From contig JAKLDS010000006.1 of the NCBI GenBank assembly GCA_022703375.1, forward strand, positions 2,798 through 66,797: a stretch of 64,000 bases of DNA, given 5' to 3'. Of this stretch, positions 58,944 through 64,000 are shown piece by piece. Within the stretch, counting starts at the first letter, position 1. Each line of letters starts with the position of its first letter. The notes beneath the pieces were generated by a model. The model did no database searches and was not told the origin of the DNA. It saw only the letters and a list, made by a program, of their open reading frames with translations. Position numbers and translations under genes: made by a program. This stretch comes from Deltaproteobacteria bacterium (lineage in GTDB: Bacteria > Desulfobacterota > Syntrophia > Syntrophales > Smithellaceae).

Positions 58944-61900
58944 TTAGAATTCCCAACGAATGCCGGCACCGATATTGTGATCTTCGTAATCTCTGGCGTT
59001 GAACTGAACATTATAGTTCAAATAAAAGGAGATGCCGGCCGGCGCGTGCGCCGATATGCCGGCCCCCGCCTGAAAAAAATCTCTCCTCGGAGTTGCCTGA
59101 GCTGTAACAGTGCAGAAATCCCCACCAACGGCCAGACGCGCAGTGGCTGAAGCGTTTTCGTTGCCGAATTCATGAGCATAAAACAGCCACAGCGAAGGCG
59201 TGAGCGATAGATATCCCGTTTTCAGCAGGTAGGAAACCCGTCCTCCTGCCCTGCTTTGGAGAGATTCCGCTGTCTGCTTTTCCACAATAAGGTTTAGGGA
59301 ATCGGCGCCTGCTTCCACAGAGGATTCAATACTGTACTTAACATACTGGAGGGAAAGGGAAGGGATTGCTTTAAGCTTGCCGATGAGAAACTCGTAGCCG
59401 AGGCTGCCGAAGCCTTCCAGCTGGCCGCCGCCGGGCGAGGACTTGGCCGTCCGCGTGACTCCCGGAAAGACGATTTTCCGTTCGTTGTCAAAATGGTTCC
59501 ACCCGTAACCGAAGTAGCCGTCTATGTAGAGTCCTTTTTGTTTGTAAGTCCCATATGCCCCGATCGAGGTATGGTTAATGTCAGTTGTGCTGCCGCTGTC
59601 GTCAATATCCGTACTAGCCTGATAATACCCGGCGGTTAATCCTGCGGTTAAATTATCGGTAAGCCGGTAGTCCGCTCCCATTGTGATTCCGTAAGACCGG
59701 AAACGGTAAGCATCGTCGCCCTTTTTTGTGCCTGTGCCATAGTTTCCGGCGACAAAAAGTCCCCAACGCTGTTCAGGGCTGAACACCAGACCATTCAATG
59801 CCGAGAAATCAGTTGTCCGCTGGTTTCCCGCCTGTGTCCATCCGGTCACGGGATCAAATGTCTCATTCATAGCCAGATTAATTCTGCGGAAACTGAGGCC
59901 ACGGCTGCCGGAACGCAGTTCTTCCAGGCGGCTCGCAATGTTCCCTGATTGATAGGATGCGCCCTGCACTCCCAGATTGAACATTACGCCATGTCCCTTG
60001 GGTTTTATCTGGTCAAGGGCGGCCGCGACAGCTTCATAAGAGGATAGATTGTCAACAGAGGTAAGAACAGTATTCAGATCGCCGGTTGTTCCCGCTGCAG
60101 TGTTGGCGATGCTGTTGAGCATCGAACCTATGGTAAACTGGTCGGGAGCAAGGCGGGAGGAGAGTGTTGCATTGACGTAATCACGTTCCACGACGAAGTA
60201 GACCCTGTTGGCTATATCATACTTCGGCTGGAAAATAATCGTCGGGGTGATGTTGGTGAGCACATTGGAAAAGTAGTTGCTCACTCCGCCGGTAGCCGTA
60301 AGGAAAGCGCCGAAGTTCGTATTGAGGGCGGGCACATATCCACCTGTCCATGAAGTTTGCAGGGTGCCGTTCAGAGCAGCGGAGCCGTTGACGGCGAGAA
60401 GGTCACAGCTTGACGGGGAGGCGATTTCAATGGTCAGGCTCCCCTGCGGATGTTGGTAATAATTGCCGTTGATTGTCAGTGTTCCGATTGAGTTTCCCGG
60501 AGCTATGATGCCGCCGTTATTGAAGAAACCACGGGAAGCGGTAATCAGGCCGGCGCCGCTCACAGTTCCCGAATTCAGGCTGAACAAGTTTCCGAAGGTA
60601 CCGGGGGCTTCCGTCAACTGTCCGTTGACGATGATGTTTCCCCCATCCAGCCGGACATTATCCCGGACACGGAAGATCCTGGCTGCCGGAATTTGATAGG
60701 TGGTAGAAGGGCTCAGGATGGTGAGCGACTGGGCATTGATATCAACACCCTGTGTCATCACTCCCGCTGTCAGCATCACCATTTCGCCCATCAGAAAAGT
60801 TACATCATAGCCAAGCCATGTTCCTGTGTGGCCGTTGAGGATATCAGCCATATTAAGCGTCCAGGTGCCGGCGCCGTTTTCGCCCCAGAAAGCATTGGTG
60901 AGGAATGTGGAACTGAAATTTGTAACGGGTGTTGTTTCCCACTGGGCGACAGGAAGATGAGCCGTTGAGTAGAAGAGCCGGCTTTCCATTCCTCCCGGGG
61001 AAGTGATTTTGGCTGTCAGATCGCCTATTCTGGTGTGGGTGATTTTCAGCTCCACTTCCACTCCTTCCAGCGGTTGATTGGCCTCAGCCGCCGTCAAACT
61101 GAAAGTCTTATCCACACCGTCGGAGTCGGCATCGGGAATGGCCGTGCTGAAGACGGCGCTCTTGGCAACGGAGGTCTGTTCCGTGATGTAGGCTACATCA
61201 CGCACTTTCTGCACAAACGCTGCGGCGTTGATGTTGCCGAATCCGTAATTGGGATTGAACTTGTTTCCCGCTCCGTTGGTTTTCCAGCCGCCGCAGCTAC
61301 TGGCCGAATCATCGTTAGGATCCACGACCGTGCTGGTCTTAACCAGAGCATGCTTGGCCATCCTCACGTCCATCTCCGGATTGGCTTCCTTGCCCAGGGC
61401 CATGATGCCGGAAATCAGCGGCGCCGATGAAGAGGTGCCGCCAAAACCGCTGGCATAGCTCGTATCGGGAAACAGATCATTTTTGTCACCTTGCGGATTG
61501 GTCAGCGCCGAATAACTGTTGTAACCGAAGTCATCTCCCGTGCGATCCGTGGTTGTAATGCCAAAACCGGTATAATCACTGCGACTGGATGGGGCTGTGA
61601 CAAAGACGCTGGCGCCGTAACTGCTGTAATTTGAATACTTGCCGTCGCTCCCCAGCGCGGCAGCAACAATGACTTCCGAAATGGCATGAACCGGTTCCTT
61701 GCTGGCATCTTCGCCTTTTTCGCCACGGTCATTTCCCGCGGAGAAAACATGGATTACCCCGTTTCTTGCTGTTCTCTGCAGGGCGAGCCTTATTGAGTCA
61801 TTGGCCTCATCAAAGCCGCTGGCTCCGTAACTGTGGTTTTTTACCTGGATTTCCGCAACGGCTTCGATAGCTCCGCTTGTTACATTGACGCCGCTTTTCC

Positions 61901-62483
61901 AGTAATATGCATCCAGATAATTTTGATTTGATGCTTTAGGATCACTGATGGTGCCGGTACCCAGCTTGATGCGCAGGCCGGCGATGGCAGCATAAGGAGC
62001 GGCGCCCGTGCCGCCGATAAAATTACCACCCCGGGCCGCGGCCACTCCGGCAACGGCGGTTCCGTGATTGTCACTGATGGATTGCGGCCCCTGAGCAGCC
62101 GCCGCCAGGACGGTGTTGTCACTGAAATTTTTACTTATATCCGTCCGGTAACCGGGAGCAATATCATAATTGGTGCTGTCAACGCCATCATCAACGATGC
62201 CGATGACAACTCCTCTGCCCGTATAACCAAGGTTCCATGCTTGCCTCAGACCGGCATCTACGCCGGCGTTGATCATTCTTTCCGTTGATTTCCAGCTTTG
62301 GACGTAAAAATCAATGTAAGAAGGCGCCTGATTGTTCAGGTGCCATTGACCGGGAAAACCGGGCCGGGCAGCGGCGTCGTATGGGTAGTAGGGATCGTTG
62401 GGCACGAAGGCCGGCTCGCAGTGACCGGCGGCGGAAATAAAAAGCATTGCCGTAATCAGGAAAATAAGGGCTATTCTCTGCAA
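58944..62483 (-). CDS. subtilisin-family (S8) serine protease autotransporter with proprotein-convertase P-domain
   Basis: 1179 aa with a TTG start. Signal peptide. Catalytic D (GIVDDGVD), H (DNHGTAVAGV) and S (GGTSSSAPLISG). P-domain LEGVEVELKITHTRIGDLTAKITSPGG. Passenger beta-repeats GTLTINGNY. C-terminal beta-barrel ending GAGIRWEF. Confidence 0.9.
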   Translation of the reverse strand: MQRIALIFLITAMLFISAAGHCEPAFVPNDPYYPYDAAARPGFPGQWHLNNQAPSYIDFYVQSWKSTERMINAGVDAGLRQAWNLGYTGRGVVIGIVDDGVDSTNYDIAPGYRTDISKNFSDNTVLAAAAQGPQSISDNHGTAVAGVAAARGGNFIGGTGAAPYAAIAGLRIKLGTGTISDPKASNQNYLDAYYWKSGVNVTSGAIEAVAEIQVKNHSYGASGFDEANDSIRLALQRTARNGVIHVFSAGNDRGEKGEDASKEPVHAISEVIVAAALGSDGKYSNYSSYGASVFVTAPSSRSDYTGFGITTTDRTGDDFGYNSYSALTNPQGDKNDLFPDTSYASGFGGTSSSAPLISGIMALGKEANPEMDVRMAKHALVKTSTVVDPNDDSASSCGGWKTNGAGNKFNPNYGFGNINAAAFVQKVRDVAYITEQTSVAKSAVFSTAIPDADSDGVDKTFSLTAAEANQPLEGVEVELKITHTRIGDLTAKITSPGGMESRLFYSTAHLPVAQWETTPVTNFSSTFLTNAFWGENGAGTWTLNMADILNGHTGTWLGYDVTFLMGEMVMLTAGVMTQGVDINAQSLTILSPSTTYQIPAARIFRVRDNVRLDGGNIIVNGQLTEAPGTFGNLFSLNSGTVSGAGLITASRGFFNNGGIIAPGNSIGTLTINGNYYQHPQGSLTIEIASPSSCDLLAVNGSAALNGTLQTSWTGGYVPALNTNFGAFLTATGGVSNYFSNVLTNITPTIIFQPKYDIANRVYFVVERDYVNATLSSRLAPDQFTIGSMLNSIANTAAGTTGDLNTVLTSVDNLSSYEAVAAALDQIKPKGHGVMFNLGVQGASYQSGNIASRLEELRSGSRGLSFRRINLAMNETFDPVTGWTQAGNQRTTDFSALNGLVFSPEQRWGLFVAGNYGTGTKKGDDAYRFRSYGITMGADYRLTDNLTAGLTAGYYQASTDIDDSGSTTDINHTSIGAYGTYKQKGLYIDGYFGYGWNHFDNERKIVFPGVTRTAKSSPGGGQLEGFGSLGYEFLIGKLKAIPSLSLQYVKYSIESSVEAGADSLNLIVEKQTAESLQSRAGGRVSYLLKTGYLSLTPSLWLFYAHEFGNENASATARLAVGGDFCTVTAQATPRRDFFQAGAGISAHAPAGISFYLNYNVQFNARDYEDHNIGAGIRWEF

Positions 62484-62691
62484 AATGATTATTCCTTTAG
62501 TTTAATAAAATTCATAAAACCGCTGTAATATAGAGACACAACAATATCATGTCAATGAAATAATGTTTATTTCCGCCAATATTGCATACCTTCTGTTATG
62601 TTTGATAGAATTAAGATATTCGGCTGGCTGCAAGGAGTCATTCGTTTTGACATCTCAATATGCAGCGCAAAAGAACCAGGGATTAAAAATA

Positions 62692-62738
62692 AGAAAGCGC
62701 GCCATTGCTGACGCGCTTTCTGCATTTTGGCTCCCCAG
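62692..62738. repeat. 47-nt direct repeat, right copy
   Basis: AGAAAGCGCGCCATTGCTGACGCGCTTTCTGCATTTTGGCTCCCCAG. On the minus strand the hairpin is followed by TATTTTTAA, which is terminator-like. Confidence 0.7.
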
Positions 62739-63096
62739 GCGATACGCTCAAAAAAACTTTTTTGCTTATCATTTCAAGTTTTTAATGGTTCCTACTCATA
62801 AAAATCATCCAAGAACTGAATATGTATTCAGCAGGATTTGAGATAAAGTCTATTTTCTTGTTTCACCTAGTTATCAACACATTTGCCTATACGGGAAGAT
62901 TGCGTATAGTTTATTGTAAGTCAACAAGTGCGATCGATTCGTTTATGTAGTAGCTTTCAATTGGTAATACATAGGAGTTATCAATGAAAATGATGAATTT
63001 GCCGACTGGTCTTATTTCTAAAAACAAAAACGGCGATTGGAAAAATCTCCAATCACCGCTATTTAAAATTGTTGTAATTAATTAAGTTGTGTCCCT

Positions 63097-63127
63097 GGAA
63101 TGCTGGAATGTGGAATGCTCCGGAATG
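63097..63127. repeat. four closely spaced GGAATG motifs (plus degenerate GGAAT/GGATT/GAATT copies at 63151-63170)
   Basis: tGGAATGc tGGAATGt GGAATGc tcc GGAATGc at 63097, 63105, 63112 and 63122. Confidence 0.6.
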
Positions 63128-63194
63128 CTTTCGAAATCATACCCTTTTTGTGGAATTTGGATTAGAATTGAAATGATTATTATTAATAATTAGT

Positions 63195-63222
63195 TTGACA
63201 TATTGACTTAATTATATATAAT
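63195..63222 (+). promoter_or_regulatory. near-consensus sigma-70 promoter with overlapping inverted-repeat operator candidate
   Basis: TTGACA (63195-63200), 16-nt spacer, TATAAT (63217-63222). Perfect 9-bp inverted repeat CATATTGAC (63199-63207) / GTCAATATG (63226-63234). It lies 30 nt upstream of the ATPase gene. Confidence 0.55.
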
Positions 63223-63251
63223 ACAGTCAATATGAAGACGGAGTTATAATA

Positions 63252-64000
63252 ATGTATATCCCCCAGTTACAGCTAAAAAATCTGAAGCAGTTGGTCACGC
63301 CGGGCAAAGTAATTGTGATTTATGGCGCCAGGCGAACCGGCAAGACAACTTTACTAAACGAATTTCTGAAAAAGGAAAGTCAACCATATACTTTGGCAAG
63401 TGGTGAAGATATCACTATTCAATCATATCTATCCAGCCAGTCAATAGAAAAACTCAAGGCATTTATCGGCTCAACCCGTCTTCTCGTAGTTGATGAAGCG
63501 CAGAAAATTCCTCATATCGGAATTAACCTCAAGCTTATTGTAGATCATATACCTGATGTTAGTGTGATCGTTACCGGCTCTTCGTCATTTGATCTGGCGC
63601 GCAGCACAGGTGAGCCTCTAACAGGACGCAAGTCCACAATAAAGCTATTTCCGCTTGCCCAACTGGAAATCGGGCAGATAGAAAAGATTCATCAAACAGA
63701 TGCCAATTTAGAAAATCGTCTTATATATGGTTCATATCCGGAAATAGTTTTAATGCCGGATAATCGCAGACGCGAGAATTATCTCAAAGAGATTGTGTCT
63801 TCGTATTTATACAAGGACATCTTGGAATTGGATGGCGTCCGGCATTCGAGCAAGATCAGCCGCCTGTTGCAGCTTATTGCCTTACAAATTGGCAAAGAGG
63901 TTTCTTTAAGTGAACTGGGAACGTCTCTCGGCATGAGCAAGAACACTGTTGATCGGTACTTGGATTTATTAGAAAAAGCATTCGTAATTCAGCGATTGTC
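63252..64000 (+). CDS. AAA-type ATPase (AAA_14 / DUF4143-like), 3' end outside the window
   Basis: Not in the ORF track because there is no stop. My translation reads MYIPQLQLKNLKQLVTPGKVIVIYGARRTGKTTLL (Walker A), LLVVDEAQKIP (Walker B), ..SYLYKDILELDGVRHSSKISRLLQLIALQIG. Confidence 0.8.
   Translation, partial: MYIPQLQLKNLKQLVTPGKVIVIYGARRTGKTTLLNEFLKKESQPYTLASGEDITIQSYLSSQSIEKLKAFIGSTRLLVVDEAQKIPHIGINLKLIVDHIPDVSVIVTGSSSFDLARSTGEPLTGRKSTIKLFPLAQLEIGQIEKIHQTDANLENRLIYGSYPEIVLMPDNRRRENYLKEIVSSYLYKDILELDGVRHSSKISRLLQLIALQIGKEVSLSELGTSLGMSKNTVDRYLDLLEKAFVIQRL

Noticed and set aside
1-64000. Search for CRISPR arrays, rRNA, transposases, integrases, toxin-antitoxin pairs, reverse transcriptases or known defence genes
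   Set aside because: I saw no regularly spaced direct repeats, no rRNA-like sequence, and no ORF with recombinase, transposase, RT or known defence-system motifs. The only mobile-looking signals are the repeats reported above.

Overview
This 64 kb window looks like a chromosomal, mostly housekeeping region. The host is a diderm bacterium (LptE-like lipoprotein, OmpA-type protein, autotransporter). It is probably anaerobic (tungsten-type aldehyde:ferredoxin oxidoreductase, pyruvoyl arginine decarboxylase, rubrerythrin-like protein). I cannot assign a taxon from sequence alone.

I support about 58 protein genes and one tRNA-Glu(CTC). I found no rRNA, CRISPR array, transposase, integrase, phage gene or recognisable defence gene.

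Core content, in order:
- carA-guaA-CNNM-carB-purF
- gltX plus tRNA-Glu
- glyA-dCMP deaminase-nrdR-ribE-ribBA-ribH-nusB
- yceD-rpmF-fabD-acpP-fabF
- truA, leuS-lptE, apgM

Accessory-looking content:
1. A minus-strand string: cNMP-binding (frameshifted), ferritin-like, PdaD, CheW, alpha/beta hydrolase, MCP, ParA-like. An orphan PAS/sigma-54 activator lies next to it.
2. A 12-gene co-directional string (33.4-45.3 kb): AOR, SCP2, Fe-ADH, SCP2-like, ResB/CcsA, hydrolase, acyl-CoA ligase, nuclease-fold lipoprotein, MurU-like, AmgK-like, adenylate cyclase.
3. An lptE-linked operon: GT2, Tat-amidohydrolase, HxHxQ HIT-like protein, M15 peptidase.
4. A 1179-aa subtilisin/P-domain autotransporter bracketed by 47-nt direct repeats. 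A degenerate tRNA-like segment sits on one side and an AT-rich gene-poor stretch on the other.

Structure at the nucleotide level that the genes do not explain:
- A family of long imperfect-palindrome intergenic repeats. Two copies swallow the stop codon of the upstream gene.
- A homopolymer frameshift.
- A GGAATG repeat array next to a near-consensus promoter with an overlapping perfect inverted repeat.

Nothing here can be shown from sequence alone to be a new biological system. The most promising candidates for follow-up are the hydrolase-containing chemosensory module, the AOR/SCP2 module, the lptE-linked envelope operon and the repeat-bracketed autotransporter. All functional calls come from my reading of the translated ORFs and motifs. 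No database search was run.
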